Shown here: in pieces, positions 44,093-56,336 of the stretch
How the letters are laid out: every line of letters begins with the position of its first letter
Position numbering within the stretch: the first letter of the stretch is position 1
DNA from: Flaccisagitta enflata
Taxonomy: Eukaryota
Length of the DNA: 64,000 bases
Direction of reading: 5' to 3'
NCBI GenBank assembly: GCA_965153355.1
Contig: OZ231126.1
Coordinates: 10,788,001 to 10,852,000, forward strand
The notes under the pieces: model-generated
Told to the model about the DNA's origin: nothing
Seen by the model: the letters and a program-made list of their open reading frames with translations, nothing else
Databases searched by the model: none
Translations under genes and position numbers: made by a program

Positions 44093-44245
44093 GTGAGCAC
44101 ACATGAGTAAGCATGAGCAAGCACGCTAAATCCGTTGATTCTAACATGTTTAACAAAAATCCCCTATTTTTGTCCTCCACATGCTGGTTCAAGTCCTTTT
44201 TAATTTTGCTCAGCTCATATCTCAATTTTGAATGCGACAACAATA

Positions 44246-45082
44246 CCAGTAATGGCGACTGTCGCCGTGAGGAAAAAAGTTGTAAGCATTGGTCACTTTT
44301 CACCAAATTTTTATCTGCAAATCTTTTTATTCGTCAGATCAAATCAAGAGCAATTGTATGTATTGATTGCACTGAAAATCTGAGAAAGATAGGACTGAGA
44401 CAAATGAGGTAGGTGAGCTGAAATGCTCAAAATCACTCAATCAGACAACCAGCTATGCTCACTGACATGCTTTCTTGTATTTGCATGCTCACATCAAATA
44501 TCTATTTATTCATCCCATTAAAAACTTAAAAAAAGATTGTGCTAAATGAGCTAAGTGAGCTAGAATACTTGAAAACACCCTCACAGAAGAGTACTTATGC
44601 TCACTGACATGCTTTTTTGTATCTGATTGCTTTAACATGTATCAAAATATTAATTTGTTTATCGCATTTGAAATCAGAAAAAAAAGATTAAGCAAAATGA
44701 GCTAAATGAGCAAGAATGCACAAAAACACCCTCACAGAGGAGCAGCTATGCTCATAAACATGTTTTCTTGTGAATGCATGTTCTAACAAACATAAATACA
44801 CTCTGTTATTGATACTACCTAAAATCATAATAAATAAAACATAATTTAATTTGAATTTTTCAGAACTTAATCTTTAAAAAATAATAGCGCGAAAAATATT
44901 TGTCAGAGAGCATTCTGCTTGCCGCTAAATAGAAGAGAAGTATCAAATTTACTTACCCTATCAATTTTGTTGGAGGGAACAATCAGCCGAATGAGACCCT
45001 CAACTTTTTAATGAGAAAATGAAAACCATGTTTCTTGCGAAAATGTCAAAAAGTCAAAATCTGACTTTGACTTTTGTCCCAA
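44246..45082 (-). mobile_element. Full-length family H element
   Basis: CCAGTAATGGCGACTGTCGCCGTGAGG ... AAAAGTCAAAATCTGACTTTGACTTTTGTCCCAA. Confidence 0.7.
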
Positions 45083-45168
45083 TGAATACATTCTTTTATT
45101 GTTCACATTTGAAATAAGATTAAAAAAGATTGACCTAGATAGGCTAAATGAGCTAAATAAGCTCACTA

Positions 45169-46147
45169 CAGGGTTTTTCACGCCAACACGCCGATTACAA
45201 AACGACGTTTCCCAGCCCTATGACATGATAATTGATTTCTGAAAAATGTTCTGAATAGCTCTTGAGCTCCGATTTTGTTATCTGAAATTGTGATGGTTTG
45301 ATTCCAAGTAGTTTACCCATCATAGTCGAGTAAATAAATCTTCAGAATTTGGATAAAGTGCCAAAAGGTTAAATTGATTTTCCTACGGAAAAGCTTTGCT
45401 TCATGCTCAGGCCATGTCAAAACAAATAGAGCATAAAAAAGTTGAACTCCCAATTGATTAAAATTGGTTATCTTTGGTAGAAAAAAAGTGAGCTGGAAAG
45501 ACACCAAGCAGTTGCGTAGCAATACTCATTTGATCTCAAACTGTACAAAGATGTTTTTCCCAATGTTGCAGCTTCACATTGCGTTCTTCCTCCTGTTGCT
45601 CTTTTTATTGTTCCATGATTGGTCAGTCCGTTAGTTAGTAAAGCCTACTGTTACTGTTAGTACTCTAACGGAATTTTGACAAACGTCAGCATTATGAGCG
45701 TCTTCATCTTCGTCAGCTTGTGGAAGTTGATGATTGAATGGCGTGATCTCATGGGGCCCACTTGACTACCAAGTAACATCAACTATGGAGGGGCACTGCT
45801 TCTCAATGAATTGAGTCGCAGACCTCGGATTGGTCGCATTCTAAAGAGCTAAGACAACTCTTTAAAGTGGGACCAATCTGAGGTCTGTAACTTGATTCGT
45901 TTAGAAGCTGTACTCTTTTAAAGTTGATCCTTGTTTCACAGAGGAGAAATGGTAATGGCAATGGAAAAATCGAGTTCTTTTAAAAAGATCTCTAATGGGT
46001 AAACGTCTTGGAAATTAACTATAAACAAAGTAAACAGACAAAATCGGAGCTCAGGAGCTGCACAAACCTTTTTTCAGAATCTAATTCTCATTTCTGGCAG
46101 CTGAGAAATGTTGTTTTGTAATCGGCGTGTTGGCCTGAAAAACCCTG
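45169..46147. mobile_element. TA-flanked Tc1/mariner-like MITE with ~110-bp imperfect TIRs
   Basis: ta|CAGGGTTTTTCACGCCAACACGCCGATTACAAAAC ... GTTTTGTAATCGGCGTGTTGGCCTGAAAAACCCTG|ta. Confidence 0.88.
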
Positions 46148-46869
46148 TAGAAAACATTTTTTTATTTGTCCCATTCAAATTCAGAAAAAAGACTGAGTTG
46201 AAATCAGAAGAAAGAAAGCTAAAATCAGAGAAAAAATTGAGCTGAATGAGCTAAATGAGCATGAATAATCAAAAACACCCTCACAGATGAGCAGCTCTTC
46301 TCACTGACATGCTTTCTTGTATTTACACGCTCAAACATGTATCAAAACATTTATTCATTTATCGCATTTTAAATCAGAAAAAACAGATTGAGCTAAATGA
46401 GCTAAATGAGCTAAAATGCTCGAAAACACCCTCACAGATGAGCAGTTATGCTCATAAACATGTTTTCTTGTATTTGCAAGCTCAAACAAACTTAAATACA
46501 CTCCTTCATTGATCCTACTTAAAATCATAACAAATCGATTAGAATTTTGCGTAAATAAATCTTTAACAAGGCCAACACCTATTAGTCGCGTACGAGACAA
46601 ACAACTGAATTGAACTGATTCCTTATTGTATCTGTTTAATCAATCATGACTGAGTAGGGAGAAATATAAGAAATGAATAAAATGATTCAGTTTACTAGAT
46701 TGATGAATAAATCAGGTAATTACAGGCCGGGACCACTGGAAAAAGTGGTGACTTTTGTAATTGAGTCAAATTAATCAACTCTATCAACCCAATCAATGAA
46801 AAATGACTAAACCAGACTTGAACTAGACCTTAGGGTCTGCTGGTTAAAGTCTGGTTTAAGTCTGGTTTA

Positions 46870-47190
46870 GACTTAAACCAGCAGACCTAAACCAGCAGAT
46901 CTAAACCAGCAGACTTAAACCAGCAGACTTTAACCAGCAGACTTAAACCAGCAGACTTAAACCAACAGACTTAAACCAGCAGACTTAAACCAGCAGACTT
47001 AAACCAGCAGACTTAAACCAGCAGACTGAAACTCGCAGACTTAAACTCGCAGAGTTAAACCAGCAGACTTAAACCAGCAGACTTAAACCAGCAGACTTAA
47101 ACCAGCAGACTTAAACCAGCAGTCATAAACCATCAGACTTAAACCATCAGACCAGCAGACCATCAGACCAGCAGACCTAAACCAGCTGAC
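46870..47190. repeat. 14-bp tandem repeat ACCAGCAGACTTAA
   Basis: Over 20 copies, preceded by a few inverted copies at ~46835-46870. Confidence 0.96.
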
Positions 47191-47224
47191 TTGAAATGAA
47201 ATAAATGACCAAAACATACCAAAA

Positions 47225-47920
47225 AACATAAATGACAAAAAATCAAAAAACTAAAAAGACAAAAAACAAAAAAAAACAAAAAACAGAAAACAAAAAACAA
47301 AAAACAAAAAACAAAAAACAAAAAACAAAAAAAAACAAAAAACAAAAAACAAAAAACAAAAAACAAAAAAAAAAAAACAAAAACAAAAAAAACAAAAAAA
47401 CAAAAAAACAAAAAAACAAAAAAACAAAATAACAAAAAAAAACAAAAAAACAAAAAAACAAAAACCAAACGGCCAACACCTAGAACAAAAAAAACAAAAC
47501 AAAAAAAAACAAAAAAAACAAAAACCACAAAACCAAAAAACAAAAAAACAAAAAACAAAAAACAAAAAACAAAAAACAAAAAACAAAAAACAAAAAACAA
47601 AAAACAAAAAAAAACAAAAAACAAAAAAAAACAAAAAACCAAAAACCAAAAACCAAAAACCAAAAACCAAAAACCAAAATCCAAAAAACCAAAAAACCAA
47701 AAAACCAAAAAACCCAAAACCAAAAAACTAAAAACATAAATGATCAAAACATACCAAAAAACCAAGAACCAAAAAAACAAAAAACCAAAAAATCAAAAAA
47801 CCAAAAAACCAAAAACAAATGACCAAAAAACCAAAAAACTAAAAAGCCAAAAACCAAAAACACAAAAACCAAAGTCCCAAAAACCAAAAAAGATAAATGA
47901 CCAAAACATACCAAAAAAAC
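47225..47920. repeat. A-rich (CAAAAAA)n low-complexity repeat
   Basis: Direct inspection. Confidence 0.93.
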
Positions 47921-48419
47921 AGGTTAAATGACCAAAAATGACCTTTAATGTCCCAAAATGACTTAAAATGACTTAAAACTACTTAAAATGCCCAAAAATG
48001 ACACAAATGATTTAAATAAACAAAGTGACTTTAATGATCAAAGATAACCAAAAATGAATAAAATCAACCAAAAATGACCAAAAACAAAAAAAAATGACTC
48101 AAAATAACTCCAGACGACCCAAAATGACCAAAAACGACGCAAAAAAGCAAAGTATTACGGACCGACGGACCGAGCAACGGACTGACCGACCGACTGACAA
48201 AAAATATTTGCCGTAGAGTATTTTGCTTGGCGCCAAATGAAAGACAATTATCAAATTTACTTACCCTATCAATTTCATTGGAGGCCACCTTTGGTCTGTG
48301 GAGATGCATAAGTTTCCCATAAGAAAATGAAAACCATGTTTCTCTCCAATATGTCAACAACTAAACATGGAAGGAATGCATCTGCAGGAAACCGGTTGCA
48401 AAAAGCTTAAAGAAAATAA

Positions 48420-49125
48420 AAAAAATGGACATCTCACAGATTTTTGCACAGAGGACCTAGAAAGGCTGTAGAACACGATTCTGATATTCATTTTGACTTA
48501 ACTTGAGCCAAAAAAATTAGAAACGGTTTTTTGTGCTAAAAACAGCTATTTTTCTTTAAAAAAGGGTGTAAAATGAAACATTTCAGACTTTCTTTTTACA
48601 GAAACTTAAGGTACCAATAGCAATTGATACTTGAGTGAACCTAGAACGATTTTGAATAGGTCTGCGAGGTTTAAAAATTGCATTAGAATCCTCAAAAACG
48701 AAAAAATGACCCAAAATCAAAAAATTCTAAAAACTGATGTTTTGAAACAGTTTCTAAGGGTGAGATATGCTATCAGTATGAATTTTATTGATGTACTCAA
48801 AAAACATGCATTTTATAGGCGAAAAACGCGAAACCGCAATATGCAAATGAGATCAAGTGCAAACTTTCAAAAATAGCAAAAATTGTGTAGAAACACCAAA
48901 AATTGAATCAGCACAGTGCAAATGATCAACATACATCAATATCAGTCAGAAATAACAAAAAAATATGAAACAAATAGTGTTTTTATAGCAAAAAACACAT
49001 TTTTTTCATAAAAAAAACGTTTCTAATTTTTTGGCTCAAGTTAGGTCAAAATGAATGTCAGAATCGTGTTCTACAGCCTTTTTAGGTCCCCTGCGCAAAA
49101 AACTGTGATGTGTCCATCTTTTTTT
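48420..49125. mobile_element. Element with ~110-bp inverted repeats (MITE-like)
   Basis: AGGCTGTAGAACACGATTCTGATATTCATTTTGAC...TTGAGCCAAAAAAATTAGAAACG mirrored by CGTTTCTAATTTTTTGGCTCAAG...GTCAAAATGAATGTCAGAATCGTGTTCTACAGCCT. Confidence 0.75.
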
Positions 49126-49717
49126 TTTTTTTCAAAACCCTTAAAATTGAGATTTTCTCTAACCAGAATCCTGACCGAAACGGTTACATTTTCAGCTTTG
49201 AGTATTTTGCTCGTTAGGTTGCTCAAATCAAATCGAATCAGTCAAGATTCGACAATTGTTTTTTTTCATTTCACTTTGAGCGATCGTGGAAAGCTACCGG
49301 GCACTGGCGGCATAGCTGACTGAATGTAGAACGGCAACGCGTTGAGAAATGGACGGTCAGTAAAGGGATTGGTCGCGCATCAAAAATATTGCTCATTTAC
49401 TCCAATCACGATTTGAAATCTCGACAGACTGAAATGATTGACAGACAGAAAACAATAGGGAAATGATGATTTTCTTCAATATCTTGGCAAAGCGGAATAT
49501 TTCTAAACATTTTCTTGTCGCTTATACTGAAATATTCTGTATAGGACAGTTGATCATCTAGTTGTCTCTCGCTGTATTTGAGTAGATTAATACTTTCATG
49601 CGCTGATGATTAGAAAGACCTCTGATCTTAAGCAAAGAGGCAAGTTAAATGTTATAATGTTGGTTTGAAACAAGAAATTGTATCTTAATTTTCAAATTCA
49701 AATCAATGGCCTTTAAG

Positions 49718-50062
49718 ATCTCGACAACGACTGCAGCGACACAATATCCATGTGTTCAGCAACGGCTCTAGATGAAACGTCCTCTACGCTCCCATACGTC
49801 GATGAACAGAAACATGCGCTGAAGCTTTTCATGCCATAGACAGCCGCTATGAGGACTTTCCATCAATATTGGATGGGATGAAAATGTTGCTATCGAGATT
49901 CACTCCGACGGCGAAGACAAAGACATTTACGAATACGGAGAATTGAGGTCAGACCACTTTATTCGTTACGCATGCGCAGAAGACCGCGAGCCTGCGCCTG
50001 ACGCACAAAGCGATGATGAGGATATCACGATCAGCGTCATTCTCGAAGAAGACAACGCCTCT
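49718..50062 (+). CDS. Gene C acidic exon (two apparent frameshifts)
   Basis: ctttaag|...TCT|gtaatt; LDNDCSDTISMCSATALDE... / AIDSRYEDF / WDENVAIEIHSDGEDKDIYEYGELRSDHFIRYACAEDREPAPDAQSDDEDITISVILEEDNAS. Confidence 0.5.
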
Positions 50063-50120
50063 GTAATTCACGGTTACCGTGGTGGTTCAGAAGTTAAAAG
50101 ATCATGACAGATAGACAGAC

Positions 50121-50151
<31 letters not shown>

Positions 50152-50227
50152 AAGATGTGAAAAAAACCCAAAAAACAAAAAATAGAGAATATCAAGAAAA
50201 AAGAGTGAAAAATCCGATGAAAGAAAA

Positions 50228-50442
50228 CAAAGCCGGATACACGGCTACCCCAGTCGCGTGCGGGTGGGCAGGGGCCGTAACTGAGGTCACCAGATCATTT
50301 GGGCAAGAGCAGTGAAGCCAAAAATCCCAAAAACCCAAAAAAAAAGTAAAGTGTGACGGACCAACGGACGGACCGACAGACGGACGGACCGACGGACGGA
50401 CGGACCGACAAAGCGGGGTGGAGAGTCGCGTAGCACGCGACT
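50228..50442 (-). mobile_element. Intact HINE-like element
   Basis: Same architecture as 38885-39092; ends AGAGTCGCGTAGCACGCGACT within an A-run. Confidence 0.85.
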
Positions 50443-50588
50443 AAAAATTTGGGTGAAGTAGTTTTGTCATTTGCACATTACTGGTCCATGAACTTATAGA
50501 ATGTCAGTGTGTGCCTGATTGTCTGTGAAGAAAGGGGTTCACTTGCAGAAAATTGACATCCTTTCCTTCTCTTGTCATTTATCCGTAG

Positions 50589-50733
50589 TGGAACGAAACG
50601 CCGAAGATTTATCGTAAGGATAGCGTACCGGAAAGCGAGATGTCGTATTTTGTTTATCGGCTAGTGGACGATTCTGGTGGGGAAAAGGACTCATCGACGC
50701 CAATGAAAGCATGCACGCGAATAAGAATGATAT
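50589..50733 (+). CDS. Gene C exon
   Basis: ctttccttctcttgtcatttatccgtag|...T|gtaaga; phase 0->1; WNETPKIYRKDSVPESEMSYFVYRLVDDSGGEKDSSTPMKACTRIRMI. Confidence 0.55.
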
Positions 50734-50807
50734 GTAAGATCACACCACAGCAATTTGAAACAAGAAAAAAAAAGATAGTTGTCTGACAGACGGACAGACT
50801 GGCATAA

Positions 50808-51027
50808 ACCGACACGGCTACCCCAGTCGCGTGTGGGTGGGCAGGGACCATATTTGAGATCAGCCGAGCATTTGGGCAGGAGCAGTAAGGCCAAAAAACC
50901 CAAAAACGCGGAAAAAGTAAAGTGTGCCGGATAGACCGACGGACCGACAAAGCAGATTGAAGAGTTCGTTGCACGCGACTAAATATCCGAGATAAAGAGA
51001 AGTAGAAGACGAAGAAGGAGAAGAAGA

Positions 51028-51095
<68 letters not shown>

Positions 51096-51253
51096 TGAAA
51101 TAGGCAGGCAGCAGAATAACAAGGCCGGATACACGGTAATCCATTCATGGACAGTTGGGCAGGTGCTTAAATGCAAAAACTGCTCGCAATTCAAATATGT
51201 GACAGACGGACCAACCGACCGACACAGCAAGGTAGAGTCTCATGTCCGCGACT
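50808..51253 (-). mobile_element. Two further HINE-like copies (50808-50980; 51120-51253) flanking a GA tract
   Basis: ACACGGCTACCCCAGTCGCGTG...GCACGCGACT and CAAGGCCGGATACACGG...GTCCGCGACT. Confidence 0.7.
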
Positions 51254-51483
51254 TAAAAAGTCAGAATAAATGAGTTGCTCGTACATATTCTTTAAAAAGA
51301 AGATAAAAAAAAGTACAGACAGGCGGAAAGACAGACAGACAGACAGTAAAAGAAAAAAGAAAAAAAGCTCACATCTGCTTCGATCAAACAAGGAATCTAT
51401 TATGATTTCTCCTCCTCTTCCCCTACCCCCTTCTTCCCATACTTCTCCCCACTCCCTAAGAAGCATATTTCTCTCGTTTGAAG

Positions 51484-51585
51484 TTGTTGCTAGTGGAAAT
51501 GTTGCGCATTCTCTCGGCAGTATTTTTTTCTATCAAACGACGGCGGGATGCAGTGAAGACACCATGAAATTGTACGTTCCAATCG
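51484..51585 (+). CDS. Gene C exon
   Basis: tttctctcgtttgaag|...G|gtgaga; phase 1->1; VASGNVAHSLGSIFFYQTTAGCSEDTMKLYVPI. Confidence 0.55.
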
Positions 51586-51651
51586 GTGAGAGATGGTAAT
51601 GAGGATTTGCTGCCTTCAGTCCAACGTTAGTGAAATATTGATTCACTTTCT

Positions 51652-51845
51652 AGTCGCGTGCACGCGACTCTATAACTATGTCGGTCGGCCCGTTCGTCTG
51701 GCGGTCCGTCCACAGCGCGTTACGGGTGGTCTTTGCGTTACTGATCCTGTCCAAATGCTTGGGTAAGCCTTTTTTATCACTGCCTTTGCCCACCCACACG
51801 CAAATTTGGTAGCCCGCGACTTCGTTAGCCGTGTTTCCGGCCTTG
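51652..51845 (+). mobile_element. HINE-like element, opposite orientation
   Basis: AGTCGCGTGCACGCGACTCTA...GCCCACCC...AGCCGTGTTTCCGGCCTTG. Confidence 0.8.
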
Positions 51846-53622
51846 TTTTTACGAGAACCTAGTTTATAAGAACATCAAGACTTCAAAATGCCTTAAAATT
51901 TACAGAGTTGTAGTTTTTCATTATTTCGTTATTATTAACTATCACTATCGCTTTTGAAGGCTTCGAAAAACCTGATGTTCTTAAAAAAAGTGTATCTTGT
52001 TTTTTTGTTGGGTTGTTCTTTTTTTTATGTTATTTTTGTTTGCGGTAGTTTTCAAGAGTAACTTATAGTGAGATCAAAGCAATGATGACACGTTTTTGAT
52101 TGCAAACTGCCGAAGACAGAATTTTGACCATCACAGAATTTCATCAATTGCCTAACAATCAATTAAAGACAAATTTATGCCTGATGAACAGAAGTTTTTC
52201 GAACGAGGTTCACGCATCAACCTATCGAATCAAGTTGACGATCGCGACGATTCCAGAGATTCAACATTTTGTACAATGGACTAAAAAGCTCAACAGTTTT
52301 TTGCAATTTTATCCTGGCCCTCAAAAATCGGTCTTAACAATATCATTCTTTATTGATCTCAATAGCGTTTGCCTGATTTTCTCTTAATTTTTGCTTGGGG
52401 CGCAACTTACAAACGTCATTTTGAGCCAATTGTTTATGCTGGTTTGTATGGTTCATCTACATTTGAACACCATCGAATCGAATTATCATTTGCCTTCATA
52501 TTGGTCTGGTTTATTGAGATTTTTGCTTGTTGCCGCACTATAGATCAAAAGCAAGTGTATTTGCAATAATAAATCGTCTGTTTGCTGTGGCCGAGAGCAA
52601 AAACCTCATTTGCATAAAGTTGTTAATTAGATACTTATCATCGACTAGCTAGCAAACATAAGAAACACAAAGAAAGACAGTCTAAGGGACCAAAAGTGAA
52701 TGAAAAGGCCTACACAAATTTGATGAAGCGAAACGCTTGTTTGTTTAGATAACAATGGTAGGGCAATGTTTTGATTAGAATTTGGGAAATGAGATACGAT
52801 TTGGACAGATGTATATGATGGAATTCAATCAAAATCCTGAAATTGCACTGTTTGTATTATGACAGCGTGCCCACAAAGTCAACATTGAGGGTATCAAAAT
52901 AGGTCAAAATGGAAAATATACATGAGTGAAAATAGAAAAACAAGTGAATAAAAATGATCGAGATAAGACATTCATGATATTTGAAAGGAAAATTTGCATC
53001 CATTTAGCAAGATTAGCAGATTTAGCTTAAATCACTAAAAACAATTTGCTGAAAATTTCTACAAATTTCTTTTTTGTCACTGACAAGGGGTTGGTCAAAA
53101 TTATAAGTTTGCATAGAAGATGAAAAAATGTAAAAAACAAAGAACATAGTTCTCTTCCCAAATGTTTTTTAGAGAGAATTATGTTTTTGAAAATGCAAAA
53201 TTTTTCTGGGTGTGGCCTTCTTATAATTCCGACCTCAGAAAACAGAAAAAATGTCAATAAGATTTCACTAAAAATCTTCATTTTCTTGCCATTTTCCATG
53301 AGAATTGCTTATCAAAAGGCGATTTAAAGCGTGAAATATGAAACAGATGTACATATCAAGTGTATCCAGTGACAACTTGAGAAATTAAAACATTTGTGGA
53401 TGGATAATTAGTCCATTATTGATGCAAATGTGGGGTGAAGCACTTCATTTTATGTATTCTTTCATCCCATATTCAAGGTCAAGTGAGTGTGCCGTGTGGA
53501 TTGTCAAACAAATGTATTGAATCTCATTCTCATATGGTTTTTGCCAAAAGAATCTTAATTCCAATAAAATTTCTTTGACTTAAAAAAAGATCATTCTTAT
53601 AATTAGCTCATCATTTCATGAA

Positions 53623-53823
53623 CAAGTGACGCGGGGTCACAATATCGTTGCGGATGGGTGGGCAGGGGCATCCAACCCCCATCCACACCCTAACCCACCC
53701 CCAATACTCAAACATACACAAAAAGTATCTAAAACCCCAATTTCCCCACTTTTCAACTCGATCACCGCTTCCAACCAACCAACGGACGGACAAAGCCTCT
53801 TATAGAGTTGCGTGTCCGCAACT
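53623..53823 (-). mobile_element. HINE-like element (variant)
   Basis: CAAGTGACGCGGGGTCAC stem-loop, TTGCGGATGGGTGGGCAGGGG, ends AGAGTTGCGTGTCCGCAACT. Confidence 0.7.
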
Positions 53824-53929
53824 AAAAAGGGGGGGCGCTAATTAAAAGGGGGGGGCGATAAATGCAAGAAAAACGGTATGGGAATCGTGGGAGGAATCAT
53901 GGGAATTGTGGAACCAGCTCAAAATGCAT

Positions 53930-54523
53930 AAGGGATAAAGATATGGATTTGTGGCTTCCACACAGGCTCAGTCAGTCCAAGTATGCACTTTCTCAACACA
54001 TTATGTGGTCCGTTCATTCGCCTTCCTTTCCCATTCTTCTCGAATAGTTCCTTTTTCCTCGTGCGCCCTCTTCTGTAAATGCCGTCTACTCTTCTCTGTT
54101 TATTTTGCCATTCTCCCTTGGAAAACCAACTGCCGCCCCCCGAACCTTTCCATGCTCAATTCCCAGCTGTTCTCCAACTGGGTGAAAAAAACAGTTCCCG
54201 TCTGTCGGCGTGTGGCTCACCTCCAAGCCTTGACTCTCAAATACTCTCATTAGCTCCCTCAACTCTTCCATTCTGATGTTGATGCTTTCTTTCTTCCTGT
54301 ATATCTTCTTTCCAAATTCTCTCACCTTGTCTTCATCCACCAGGCTCTCCCACAAATCGACCACTTGCTTTTCCTCCCTTTCCTCTTCATCTTCCACTTT
54401 CTCTTCCTCTTCCCCCTTTGTCTCCTTCCTTTCCCCCATTTCCTCTCCTTTTGCTGCTTTTGTATCTGGCCTTGTTTCTTTAGGACCAAAACAAAACAAT
54501 TTTCGTATCATAGTTATTGCCAA
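53930..54523 (-). pseudogene. OTU-family cysteine protease (deubiquitinase) domain, degenerate
   Basis: VSHTPTDGNCFFHPVGEQLGIEHGKVRGAAVGF matches the OTU Cys box (DGNC); in-frame continuation past a stop gives NYSRRMGKEGE*TDHIMC* (YxxxMxKxGxWxD motif); acidic N-terminus; no introns. Confidence 0.8.
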
Positions 54524-55419
54524 GATTATTTCTGCTAAATCTTTTTTTTTTGAATCCTTTGCAAAAATGTTTTGCTAATTTTTTTTTGCTAAGATTTTTT
54601 TTTTGTAAAAATTTCAAATAAAAATTTTTTTACATAATAATTTTTTTTTTTTTTGTAAAATGCAAAAGCTAAAATTCTATCTTTTATCTTTTTTTTTTTT
54701 GACAAAAATTTTTTTTTTGATAAAAATTTTTGACAAAAATTTTTGAAAAAATTTTTGAAAAAATTTTTAACAAAATTTTTGACAAAAATTTTTGACAAAA
54801 TTTTTTTTTTCAAAAAAAATGTTTTTTGAAAAATTCATTGAATTTTTTAGCAATTTCCCTTCAGTTTTGAGTAAAAAAAAGGACATATTTGGATTCAGCT
54901 TAGTGAATACTACAAAACGTTATGCTTTCAGAATTTTTCAAAACTCAGCACGATGTCCCCTTAAGAGCTTTTATAAAGGTTTGGGGTGATCTTGTTCCAC
55001 TGTGTGTGTGTGCAACTTTTGCGTACCCATCAATCTAGAAGTAGCTTCATAGATTTGCTGCCATTTCTAAACAGCTAAAACTACAGTAAGCTGATTTTAG
55101 ATTATTCGATGTAGATTAATTTTCTTTTAATGAAAAACCTTCTAGCTGCTCTGGAAGCCAAAATATCCTAGGAAGAAGGTGCTGCTGATTTCTTTTTTTT
55201 TTTTCATTTTTTAGTGCTATCATTTTCACAAATTTTTAAATAACCGTTTTCACTCTTTTGCTTGCCATTTCTAAACGGTTTAAGCTACAAGAACCAGATT
55301 GCGCTCATTTTGAAGATCTTGTGAAGCAGAATAATTTCTTTTTTTAAAAAAGTATCTAACGTTTCCAGAAGCGAAGATATCTTAGGTTAAAGGTGTGTCC
55401 AAACTTTTTTCCTAGGTAG

Positions 55420-55973
55420 TATGCTCACGGATATGCTTTCTTGTATTTGCATGCTTAAATCAAAACATTTATTTATTCATCTATTTTGAAATAAAAATAA
55501 AAGAGCGAGCTTAATGAGCTAAATGAGCTAGAATGCTTAAAATCACCCTCACAGGTGAGCAGCTCTGCTCACTGACCCTCTATCTTATATTTGCTTGCTG
55601 AAACATCTATCAATATATTCATTCATTTATTGAAAAAAAATTAAGCTAAGCAAGCTAAATGAGCTAAAATGCTCAAAACTACCCTCACACATGAGCAGCT
55701 ATGCTCATAGACATGTTTTCTTGTATTTGCATGCTCAACCAAACTTAGATACACTCTTTTATTGATCCTACACAATATCATAAAAAATCGAAAAAAATTC
55801 AATTTGAATTTTTTGTAAATAAATCTTTAAAAAATCATAACCCAAAAAATTTTGCCCTAGAAACTTCTGCTTGGACCCGAATAAAAGAAAACTATCAAAT
55901 TTACTTACCCTATGAACTTTCTAATAAGAAAATGACAAAAAAGGTCGAAGACTGACTTCGGCTTTTTTCCCGA
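55420..55973 (-). mobile_element. Partial family H element
   Basis: AATGAGCT subrepeats and terminal GTCGAAGACTGACTTCGGC...CCCGA. Confidence 0.65.
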
Positions 55974-56248
55974 TTAGTTGTCCAGGCGTGTTCCAATTTC
56001 TCATGCAAATTACCATGAAACTACTACAAAGAAAATCAAGGAGTTGAAATAATCAAAATTTTTCTCTTTTTATTAGCCAATTGTGACAAAAAGAATTATG
56101 CTAAGTACTTTACATTTCTAGAAAAAATTAATTTCTAAAAAAAAACTGATACTCAAACTGATTTCCTACTGGACTTCCAAACCAAGTGTTGAAAGAACAA
56201 TGTACATGGGGTTTCAATTCTGTCGCGGACGGGTGGGCAGGGGCGTGT

Positions 56249-56336
<88 letters not shown>

